NCBI GenBank assembly: GCA_964640665.1
Contig: CAZXHT010000002.1
Location: 105,170-169,169 of the forward strand
Source of the DNA: an uncultured Myxococcales bacterium
GTDB taxonomy: Bacteria > Myxococcota > B64-G9
Direction of reading: 5' to 3'
DNA length: 64,000 nt
The notes below the pieces were generated by a model. That model ran no database searches. It was not told the DNA's origin and saw only the letters and a program-made list of their open reading frames with translations. Position 1 is the stretch's first letter. The number at the start of each line of letters is the position of its first letter. Positions 27,581 to 36,580 of this stretch are shown here, one piece after another. Both the position numbers and the translations under genes were made by a program.

Positions 27581-27682
27581 CTGTATACCTCCATGAAACG
27601 CCCCGCTGGACGGGGGCTCGTGAATATACGGCTCGTTCCTAAGGAGATCAAGTATTTTATTTTCAGCTTGTTACTGCGCCAA

Positions 27683-28651
27683 CTATTCGGTTTTCGCCCT
27701 GTCAAGAAGCGTTGCGGGGGCCCGTGAGAGATTTCTAAACTGGTATTCGCGAATCTCGGCAAGCGGGCCGGGCGGTGTGATGCAGCGGGCGTAGAACCTG
27801 GTGTGTCCGTTGGGGCTGTGCACCGAACCAAGCGCCACTTTGCCGAGCGATCTTTTGTCGGGGCCGTAGAGTTCCGCGGTGATTTCGGCCGGATCGAGGC
27901 CGAAGACCGCAGGAGGTGTCTGCCGGTCGGGAAAGGCCACGGCTCGCAAGGCATGCAACGTGGTCACGATTCGCCCGACTGCGGCTTGATTGGCCGGGCC
28001 GCGATCGGGTCTCAGCATCAACCAACGCTGTCCGCGTTTCTGAAACTCAATGACATTTCCGGCTGTCTTTAGAACCAGATTTGTAAGCAAGCGAGGCTCG
28101 AACAGCAGCAGGCGCTTGCGGCGCAGGTCGAAGGAGTTTTGCAGAAGGACCTTTTCGAATTCTCCGGCAACATACAGGACCTCCGGCCGGCCCTCTTTTT
28201 GCATGTAGAGCAGGTTCGGAAACTTTCCCCTGGCGCCCACCAAAAGGACAAGTTTCTCACCAGAGGCGGAGAGCATGGAAATCCTGGCCCGCGGGGGGGT
28301 AAGACCATAGTCGGAAGCCGCTCCTGACTCGGCCACGGCCGTCAGCTTGGCAAGCGCACCGAGTAGCGCCGCCAGCGAAGCGCCGTCCACATCATCAGCA
28401 ACCGGTTGCATAAGCCGCCATCCCGCGGCCGATCTCTGAAGCACACACTTGCGTCCTTCGATATCGATCTCCAGGCGAACCAGTTGCCGCGCGTCGAAGG
28501 GCAAGATCTTCTCGGTCTTTTCCCGCAGGTACGCCTTTCCCTCGCGAGATCGGCCGGCCGACAACACGGCGATCAGCACCAGGCCGGCGATGAGCAGGCA
28601 GCCGATTGCCGCCCCGATCAGCGTGCGGGTACGGCGTGTCACTACGACCAT
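27683..28651 (-). CDS. DUF4340-domain protein (accessory to the GldG-like ABC system)
   Basis: N-terminal TM anchor then a soluble region; positioned immediately downstream of, and overlapping, the GldG-like gene as DUF4340 genes usually are. Confidence 0.6.
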   Translation of the reverse strand: MVVVTRRTRTLIGAAIGCLLIAGLVLIAVLSAGRSREGKAYLREKTEKILPFDARQLVRLEIDIEGRKCVLQRSAAGWRLMQPVADDVDGASLAALLGALAKLTAVAESGAASDYGLTPPRARISMLSASGEKLVLLVGARGKFPNLLYMQKEGRPEVLYVAGEFEKVLLQNSFDLRRKRLLLFEPRLLTNLVLKTAGNVIEFQKRGQRWLMLRPDRGPANQAAVGRIVTTLHALRAVAFPDRQTPPAVFGLDPAEITAELYGPDKRSLGKVALGSVHSPNGHTRFYARCITPPGPLAEIREYQFRNLSRAPATLLDRAKTE

Positions 28652-30240
28652 CTCCGCGCCCGCCAGACGGCGAAACCCAGAACGAGGATCAAAAGCGGCA
28701 GGAGATCGGTAGTGACAATGGCAATCAGCTGCAACTGCGATCGATCCAGCGCCAGCAGCGAGGCCTCCCGGAACCGCGGATGGATTGCTATCTTGTTCTC
28801 ATCACCGGCCAGCCAGGCCAGGCTGTTGATGATTAAATCCCGGTTCAGGGGAAAAAGGCGATAGGCCGAATCGTCCAGCATCAAAGATGAGCCGAAAACG
28901 ATCATGCGCGGGCCGCCGCCTTTGTCTGTACTTCCGTCAACGGACCGCGTGTCCACGCTGACGGCCAGGGGAACGGGACCGGCGAGGTCCCGATCCGCGT
29001 CGAAGGTGTGCTTTTCCCGAACAGCCAACTTGTCAGTCTCGCCCCAGGCCCCCGGTCCGCTTGCGATCAGATCAACCACTAGCAGCTTGCGCGGCGCGCC
29101 GGGAGAGCGGCGCACGGATCTGGCCAGCGGAAAGACGGCCTGCAGTCGTCGCAGGGCGGCCGCGTTTCCGGCCAAGAGGCGCCTGAATACTGGGTGAGCC
29201 GGGTGATAGCTTTTAGGATCGCTGGCCACCAGCACCGGGCTGCGGCCACCCGAGACGACGGTGTCTTTACCCAGGATCACGCCAAATTTAGCAAACAGGG
29301 AATCCAGAGAACGGGAATCGGCGGCACCCAGAAAAGCCAGCAACCTGCCGCCGCCGTCGAGATAGTCGCCGATGGCCTCCGCCTCCGACGGATGGATATC
29401 ACGATCCGGCCCGGCGATGACCAACACCCGGCAGGAGGACGGTACGGCACACATCTCGAGCAGTGAGATCTCCGTCGTGCGATAACCTTCGCTTTGCAGG
29501 TCGCCTGCGAATCGAGAGCGCGACTTGCCGCCCTGCCCGGCGCGGTTGCCGCTCTCCCCGTGACCGGTGAGAAAACAGATCTCCCGCTGTTCTGCTCTGG
29601 AGGTTAAAGACATGATCGCGTTGGTGATGGCCTGTTCGGGACATCCGCGCTCGTTGCCGTCGATCCTGGCTCGCGCCTGTCTGTTACGGTAGAGGAAAAC
29701 CAGGCGCGGCCCGGCGCCGCTTACCTTGTATCGCTCGACCAGGTCTTGCCGCCGGATCGGATCGACGAACTGGGCGGAGAATCGATCGCCGGCCTGCCGG
29801 TAACGGTCGAGACAGTCAGCCAGTGGAGCGTACTCGGGTTCACGTGATCCATAGAAGGCAAGCACTTCGAGATCGGCATCCAGGCCGGCAAGCACTTTAC
29901 GGGTCTGATCGGAAAGAGAGAAGATTTTTTCAGTGCTGAGATCGACCCTCCAGGGAAAAGAATGTGCCAGGTAGTTGACGATTACCACGGCTGCCAGTGC
30001 CATGACGGCGAAGAGCACATCGAACAAGCCGAAGAAGAGCGCTCGTCCCTTGACGGCCGAAAGAACACCGGCTGGATCCGAGAACAGCCAGAACAATATC
30101 GCCAGCGTGCCGAAAATCAGCTTGGCGATGGCAACCCAGCCGATGTGCCAGTCCCAGAGGAAGAGAGTCAGGGGCACCGACAACAAGGCAACCAGGCCTG
30201 CGATTCCCGCGATGCGCCCAAGCTTCTTCACTCGCTTCAC
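28642..30240 (-). CDS. GldG-like ABC-type uncharacterised transport system auxiliary component
   Basis: N- and C-terminal TM anchors flank a large periplasmic domain. Operon order is ABC ATPase, ABC-2 permease, this gene, then DUF4340, typical of GldA/GldF/GldG-type systems. Confidence 0.7.
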   Translation of the reverse strand: MKRVKKLGRIAGIAGLVALLSVPLTLFLWDWHIGWVAIAKLIFGTLAILFWLFSDPAGVLSAVKGRALFFGLFDVLFAVMALAAVVIVNYLAHSFPWRVDLSTEKIFSLSDQTRKVLAGLDADLEVLAFYGSREPEYAPLADCLDRYRQAGDRFSAQFVDPIRRQDLVERYKVSGAGPRLVFLYRNRQARARIDGNERGCPEQAITNAIMSLTSRAEQREICFLTGHGESGNRAGQGGKSRSRFAGDLQSEGYRTTEISLLEMCAVPSSCRVLVIAGPDRDIHPSEAEAIGDYLDGGGRLLAFLGAADSRSLDSLFAKFGVILGKDTVVSGGRSPVLVASDPKSYHPAHPVFRRLLAGNAAALRRLQAVFPLARSVRRSPGAPRKLLVVDLIASGPGAWGETDKLAVREKHTFDADRDLAGPVPLAVSVDTRSVDGSTDKGGGPRMIVFGSSLMLDDSAYRLFPLNRDLIINSLAWLAGDENKIAIHPRFREASLLALDRSQLQLIAIVTTDLLPLLILVLGFAVWRARRWS

Positions 30241-30243
30241 CCT

Positions 30244-31010
30244 TTATTTCCAGGCCCGAGCGGCCAGAGACCGCTGGGCGAGGAAAAGGAAAAAAGCGGT
30301 AAGCGACAGGTAATAGACCACGTCGCGCAGATCCACGACTCCCCTGGCGAAGTTGCGCATGTGCGCGGTCGCGCACGCGCCCTGCAGCACTTCGCGGGTC
30401 AGACCGCTGCTGTCTCCGGCCGCCCATCCGGCCACCCAGAGCATCAGCAGAATGCAGAAAGTGACGATCGCGGCCACCAGTTGGGACTTCGTCCGGGATG
30501 ATACGAACAGGCCGACGGCGGCGAAGGCGGCGCCCGCCAGAAACAATCCGGTAAGGCCAGTAGCAACGGTGCTCCATTCGGGCCCTTTGTCTCTGGCGAA
30601 AGCCGCCAAAAGCAGCGGTAACGCTGCTGTCAAGACCAGCATGGCCAGCAAAATCGTCATGGCCCCGAGGTATTTACCGATCACAATCTGGAAGGGTGTA
30701 ACCGGGCAGGCCCGCAGAAGTTGGTGGGTCCGCGATCGACGCTCCGCGGCGATCAAGCCCATGGTTACCAGGGGCACCACGAAGATCAGCAAGACCGAGA
30801 CGTTGAGCACCAGCGGCGCCAGGACGTCATCCGTGAGGTTGAGGTACTTCAAGGCGAGGGGTCGCGTCTGAGCGGCGACCAGGACACGGCCCTGAAAATC
30901 GGCAAGCAGCCTGCAAAAGAAAAAACCGGCCACGACGCTGAAGATGGCCAGGGCGATGTAGGCAACGGGAGTGCTAAAAGCGATGCGCACTTCCTTCTGA
31001 AAAATGGCCA

Positions 31011-31023
<13 letters not shown>
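30244..31023 (-). CDS. ABC-2-type transporter permease (GldF-like)
   Basis: Six predicted TM helices in 259 aa; 13-nt overlap with the upstream ABC ATPase gene. Confidence 0.75.
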
Positions 31024-31739
<716 letters not shown>

Positions 31740-31813
31740 GTGCAAACTTTCCGAGAAAGGAGTCGCTTTGCACGTTGACGAAACCATAACATTCTTGCTA
31801 ACTTTGAGCCGGT

Positions 31814-33373
31814 ATGGAAGAAGAACGCAAACTATATCTGCCTTATCTGTTTAGCGCCCTGGGGCGATCCTCTTTCGATGGCGGCCTGAGCCTGGTCGAG
31901 GGGGACGTCGAGAGAATAGTGCTCTTCAAATCCGGCGTGCCGGTCAGCGTTTCCTCGAGAATGCAGGACGAGACACTTGGCCGCATTCTTCTCAAAGAGG
32001 GAAAGATCAGCTGTGATGAATACGACAAGCTTCTGGGGACCATGGTCCAGACCCGCCAGAGGGCCGGCGAGGTATTGATCGGTATGGGTTTGCTCGGTCC
32101 GCAGGAGGTCTTCTCCGCCCTCGAGTACCAGACGCGCGTCAAACTGCTCAACTGCTTCAAGATGATAGACTTCGGGTTCTCCATCCAAGAGAAGAAAGTT
32201 CCGCCGGAGATGGCCATCTCGAAGGCCAACCTGTCCGTGGTGATCATGGAGGGTATCCAGAAAACATTTTCCGTCGATCGTGTCCTGACGGAGTTCCCGG
32301 TGGACGAAGAAACGCTTTTCATGAAAATCGAGCGAGACACATTGCGATCGCTGCGCATGGATACGCGTGAAACCAGGATCATGCAAGCAATCGGCTCGGG
32401 CACCCCCTTGGTAAAGTTGATGTCCGTCGAGGAAGATTTGCAGTTCTTGCTTTCCGTGCTCTACGGCTTGCACGCGCTCGAAATCATCGAGGCCACGGGA
32501 GTCGCCCATCCCAGCACCAAAGATCTCGAACTGGACGCTTTACGCGACCAGGGCCCGTCCGCCAAAATGATCAGGCCCAAGCAACCTGTTGAACGAGTCG
32601 AGCGCCCGGCGAAGGAATCCATCTACAATTTTCGCCCCCCGACCCTGAACGATGCTTTCAGTTCCAACCAGGTCGACTCAGCGCTGGCGGAAAGAATGCT
32701 CACCCTCGACACGGATGATTATTTCTCTATCCTTGAAGTCGAGCGCGAGGCAAATGCTCAAGAAATAAATAACGCCTATGACAAACTGCTTCAGGATTGC
32801 CGGCTGCAGGATATTGAGGCGTCATATACAAACGAGCGCGAACAAGAGCTTGCCCGGCATCTGCTCGACAGAGCCACCATCGCCTGCCGCACCCTCTCGG
32901 AAGATGAAAGCCGATCCGCATACGAGAAGTCGCTCAAGACCTCCGGAAGCCGGAAGGAGATGAAGATTCCGCCCCGCCTGCTGGCTGACGTGGAGGCCCA
33001 GAAGGGCAAGCTGGCGATCGGGGCCAAGCGTTACCAGGATGCCATGGAACTCTTCGACAAGGCCATCGGCCTCTATCCCAAGGAGCCCAGCTACCATTTC
33101 AAGTTCGGGACGGCCGCGTATTTCAAGGCGCTCGACGAAACTCCCGCCGACAAAACTTTGCCGGATCTAGTCCGCAAGCCGTTTCTCAAGGCCATTGCGA
33201 TCAACCCGGCCTACGACCAGGCGCGCATGTACCTTGGATACGTCTCCAAACGCAACGGCGAATACGAGCGTGCCTTGAAGGAGTTTAGCAGCGCCCTGCA
33301 CTATAACCCCGGAAATCGCAGGGCCCAGTCAGAGGTTCGACTGTTGAAAAGACGCCTGGACACAACGAAATAA
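31814..33373 (+). CDS. PATAN (DUF4388) domain protein paralog with a degenerate J-like domain and TPR-like C-terminus
   Basis: Same architecture and length (519 aa) as the 25419-26978 protein. The J-like helix pair (DYFSILEVEREANAQEINNAYDKLLQDCRLQD) lacks the HPD tripeptide; TPR-like C-terminal region. Confidence 0.65.
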   Translation: MEEERKLYLPYLFSALGRSSFDGGLSLVEGDVERIVLFKSGVPVSVSSRMQDETLGRILLKEGKISCDEYDKLLGTMVQTRQRAGEVLIGMGLLGPQEVFSALEYQTRVKLLNCFKMIDFGFSIQEKKVPPEMAISKANLSVVIMEGIQKTFSVDRVLTEFPVDEETLFMKIERDTLRSLRMDTRETRIMQAIGSGTPLVKLMSVEEDLQFLLSVLYGLHALEIIEATGVAHPSTKDLELDALRDQGPSAKMIRPKQPVERVERPAKESIYNFRPPTLNDAFSSNQVDSALAERMLTLDTDDYFSILEVEREANAQEINNAYDKLLQDCRLQDIEASYTNEREQELARHLLDRATIACRTLSEDESRSAYEKSLKTSGSRKEMKIPPRLLADVEAQKGKLAIGAKRYQDAMELFDKAIGLYPKEPSYHFKFGTAAYFKALDETPADKTLPDLVRKPFLKAIAINPAYDQARMYLGYVSKRNGEYERALKEFSSALHYNPGNRRAQSEVRLLKRRLDTTK

Positions 33374-33383
33374 TTATCAGGAA

Positions 33384-34166
33384 GTGGGTGACATGGCCGC
33401 CGGCACGCAGAAAAAAAAGCTCATCGCCGTTTTCGACCCGGTCGATCGATCCCGGGAGCTTCTCGGGGAGTTTCTCGACCGAATGGGTTACCAGGTCGAA
33501 CTGCACACGACAGCCCGCAAGATCCCCGCTCTGGTCAGCGGACGGGATGCCGATTTAATCGTGGTCAACCTTTCTGTTTTCGGCGCCGAATACGCCAAGG
33601 TCGTCTCCGAGTTGGAGAAGCTCGGACTGACGGGTGATGACCGCCCGCCGATGGTGGCCGTGACCTCGCTGAATATTTCCCAGGAGGCGCGAGCACGCAT
33701 CGAACAACTCGGCGCCGGGATCGTCATGGACCAGCGAACTCCTTTCATGGAGCTCATCTTTTCTGTCAATCTGCTGCTGTTTCCGAAGATCAGGGAATTG
33801 CGGCATTACACGCGCGTCTTCGGGGGATTTCCGATCCAGTACTTACACACCGGGGAATGGCATGCGGGAAAGGTTTACAACATCAGCCGTCAGGGGGCCT
33901 TCATCCAGTGTGACGATCCGCCCGCAGAAAACACCCGCCTCGACGTCCGTTTTGTTTTGCCCGGCCGGGAAGATCGGATAAAGGTCGCAGCCCATGTCAA
34001 CTGGGTGAATACGCCTGCGTCGGGGCCGGATTCGTTGGCTCTCTACGGCATGGGAGTCAGGTTCCTGGTGCTCAACAGGGAAGAAAGCACATCGCTCGAC
34101 CAGTTCATCAGCCAGCGGGTCAACGGAAACGATCCTTCCGGCGAATCTTCTCCATCTTGCGCTTGA
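33384..34166 (+). CDS. Receiver-like domain + PilZ domain protein
   Basis: N-terminal CheY-like fold (KKLIAVFDPVD...DLIVVNLS); C-terminal PilZ motifs RELRHYTRV ... NISRQGAFI. Confidence 0.65.
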   Translation: MGDMAAGTQKKKLIAVFDPVDRSRELLGEFLDRMGYQVELHTTARKIPALVSGRDADLIVVNLSVFGAEYAKVVSELEKLGLTGDDRPPMVAVTSLNISQEARARIEQLGAGIVMDQRTPFMELIFSVNLLLFPKIRELRHYTRVFGGFPIQYLHTGEWHAGKVYNISRQGAFIQCDDPPAENTRLDVRFVLPGREDRIKVAAHVNWVNTPASGPDSLALYGMGVRFLVLNREESTSLDQFISQRVNGNDPSGESSPSCA

Positions 34167-34809
34167 TCTCGCGGCCACGATCCTGGGCCAGTTTCCTGAC
34201 CAACTCCTGTATTTTCCGGCGCTGTCGCTCCGACTCGAAGAGGAACTCGACACCCATACCCTTAGGTTCGCCCGTTTCCTTGAGCCAAGCGACGCGGCAG
34301 CGCAGCTTGATGCCCATCAGAAAGCCCGGTGGACGCAGGCGGCACTCCACCTCGGTATCAACAGGAACCAGTTGCCGGCTGCGGATAAAGGTGCCCCCTT
34401 CACCGATGTCCTCGGCGAATTCCTGGACGAAGTCCTGGTCACGGCGATATGACACGACGTACGAGCAGGGCATCCTGCGGCTGGTGCGGTCGGTGAACTC
34501 AACTTGTTTGCCCTCGGCGTGATCGAGGATCAACTGCAGGGTCCTGTTCTGATCGCTGGGAATCTCCACCTGCACACCGGGTGCCAGCGGAGGCTCGACC
34601 GATGCGCGACGTCGCGCGACGATTTTTCCCTGGAGCCTGAAGTTGCGCTTCTGCGTGGGAAAGTCGACCACCACGGTGACCTCTTCGGACAATTGTAGCT
34701 GCCGGCCGGTCTCTACGAACAGGACGCCCAGCCGGCCGCGGCGCGCGAAATCGAGCAGCAGCCTTTCTTTTCTCGGATAACGCGCCGAGATCTCTTTCTT
34801 GCGCGGCAT
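34120..34809 (-). CDS. Tandem PilZ-domain protein
   Basis: Two PilZ-like halves: the first has SARYPRKERLLLDF; the second has RRMPCSYVVSYRR ... DIGEGGTFI (RxxxR + DxGxGG). Confidence 0.65.
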   Translation of the reverse strand: MPRKKEISARYPRKERLLLDFARRGRLGVLFVETGRQLQLSEEVTVVVDFPTQKRNFRLQGKIVARRRASVEPPLAPGVQVEIPSDQNRTLQLILDHAEGKQVEFTDRTSRRMPCSYVVSYRRDQDFVQEFAEDIGEGGTFIRSRQLVPVDTEVECRLRPPGFLMGIKLRCRVAWLKETGEPKGMGVEFLFESERQRRKIQELVRKLAQDRGREIKRKMEKIRRKDRFR

Positions 34810-34898
34810 GCAAATATTCTACACGGCTTGAATTATTTTGCACAAGGGTTTCAGTGGTATGCCTTGTGAGGCGTTAATATTGGAACTAGAATCGACAT

Positions 34899-36440
34899 AT
34901 GAGAAAGCATTGCCCGAAACTTCATCTTCTTTTGGCATTCGCAGTTGTCTTCTCGCCGGCTTGTAGCAAGAAAGACAAGCAGGCGCCGCTGCCCAACCAG
35001 GAGATCGTCGCCGCCTTCGAACCGTTTCCCGAAGGCGCGGGCAGGCTGCAGTCAGAGCGCTGGTTTTCGATCGCCCTGCAAGGCAAGCCGGCCGGCAGCT
35101 ACCACCTGACGATCAGGCGATGCGATACTCCCCGCGGTATACGCCGTCTTGTGCACGGACAAACTCACATCAACCTGCAGATGGGCGAGACCCGCTCGGA
35201 AATCTCCTTCGATGAACTATCGCTGGTGAACGAGAAATGGCAACTGTTGCGCATGCGCATGGTTGAGGGCGGTGGAGGCGGCGAAGATGTGACCATCCGG
35301 GCGGGCAAAGTCGGGGACGAGATGGTAACCGTGCGCGGTCCGGAGGTGAAGCGCGTGCATTTCGACGAAAGCGCCTTGCGCACGGAGTCGTACGCCTTCT
35401 TGTTCAAAGGCAAGCAACTCGAGCCTGGAGATGTCAAAAGCTACCGCGAGTTCAGCGCAGACATGGCCGCCTACGTCGACAATCACCTGGTAGTCAAGTC
35501 ATGCTCCGAAGACGGTCGACTCAGAGTCGAACAGACCACAAGCGCCATGCCCGGCTCGCTCAAACGCATCAAGCTGGACAGCCACTACCTGCCCGTCGAG
35601 ATCGAAGCACACATGGGATCGCTGGTCGTGCGTTTCGAGCGGCAAGACGGCAGGCCAAATCCGGTAAATCGAGACGGCCCCGACCTGAACGGCCTGACCA
35701 GCATCCCGGTGCAGCTTCCATGGAAGGACCCCGCGGCAATAACCCGGGCGCGTTACCGTATAGCAGGCATGCCGAAGCAGGTCGAGCCATCGTGGTTGAG
35801 CGGCCCGGGACAGACGGTAGTCGCGAATCCCGAGCCGGGGACGTTCGTCGTCGAAGTCGCGCAGATGTCCGCTCCCTCGATGCAGGCGTTCCCCCTGCAC
35901 ATCGACGACGATGGACTGCGGCACTACCTGGCATCGACGTCGTATTCGCGGACGGACGACGCGTCCATTCGCCAGGCAGCCAAGGAAGCCCTTGGCGGGG
36001 TAACGGACGCCTGGGCCGCGGCCCGGCGCCTGAGGGCCTTCGTCAGCCGCGAGATCTCGCCCAGCCGCTCAATGGCATTCGCCTCGGCAACCGATACGCT
36101 GCGTGAAAAGAAGGGAGACTGCTCGGAACAATCGGTGCTACTGGCCACCTTGGCCCGCTCGGCCGGCATCCCGGCCCGCTGTGTGATGGGGTTGGTGTAC
36201 CAGGACGGCGCCTTCAACCGTCACATGTGGACGGAGGTGTGGGTCGAGCGCTGGCAACCCATAGACGCCGCCATGCAGACCGATTACCCCAGTGCCGCCT
36301 GGATCCGTCTGGGCGAGAACTCCCTGCAATTTACCGCCGATAAGAAAACCGGAATGGGAGGACTGCTGGCCTTTGCCTCGAAGCTGTCGATCAAAGTCGA
36401 GAGTTTCGAGGAGGCAAAGAATGGAGGAGCTTCTCAATGA
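34899..36440 (+). CDS. Lipoprotein with a C-terminal transglutaminase-like cysteine protease domain
   Basis: Signal/lipobox-like N-terminus (LLLAFAVVFSPAC); transglutaminase core GDCSEQSVLLATLARSAGIPARCVMG ... HMWTEVW (Cys-His-Asp arrangement). Confidence 0.75.
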   Translation: MRKHCPKLHLLLAFAVVFSPACSKKDKQAPLPNQEIVAAFEPFPEGAGRLQSERWFSIALQGKPAGSYHLTIRRCDTPRGIRRLVHGQTHINLQMGETRSEISFDELSLVNEKWQLLRMRMVEGGGGGEDVTIRAGKVGDEMVTVRGPEVKRVHFDESALRTESYAFLFKGKQLEPGDVKSYREFSADMAAYVDNHLVVKSCSEDGRLRVEQTTSAMPGSLKRIKLDSHYLPVEIEAHMGSLVVRFERQDGRPNPVNRDGPDLNGLTSIPVQLPWKDPAAITRARYRIAGMPKQVEPSWLSGPGQTVVANPEPGTFVVEVAQMSAPSMQAFPLHIDDDGLRHYLASTSYSRTDDASIRQAAKEALGGVTDAWAAARRLRAFVSREISPSRSMAFASATDTLREKKGDCSEQSVLLATLARSAGIPARCVMGLVYQDGAFNRHMWTEVWVERWQPIDAAMQTDYPSAAWIRLGENSLQFTADKKTGMGGLLAFASKLSIKVESFEEAKNGGASQ

Positions 36441-36580
36441 GGATCTGACGCAACCCGCCCGAATGGTGGTGCGCCTGGCGTTTTCGACTGGAAGGTTGAT
36501 TCTGGATTGACAGATCGGGCCTTTGGCGTCTAGTGTGAACTCCTGAATTACGCGAGAACCGAGGAAGAAGCGAGGAAGAT

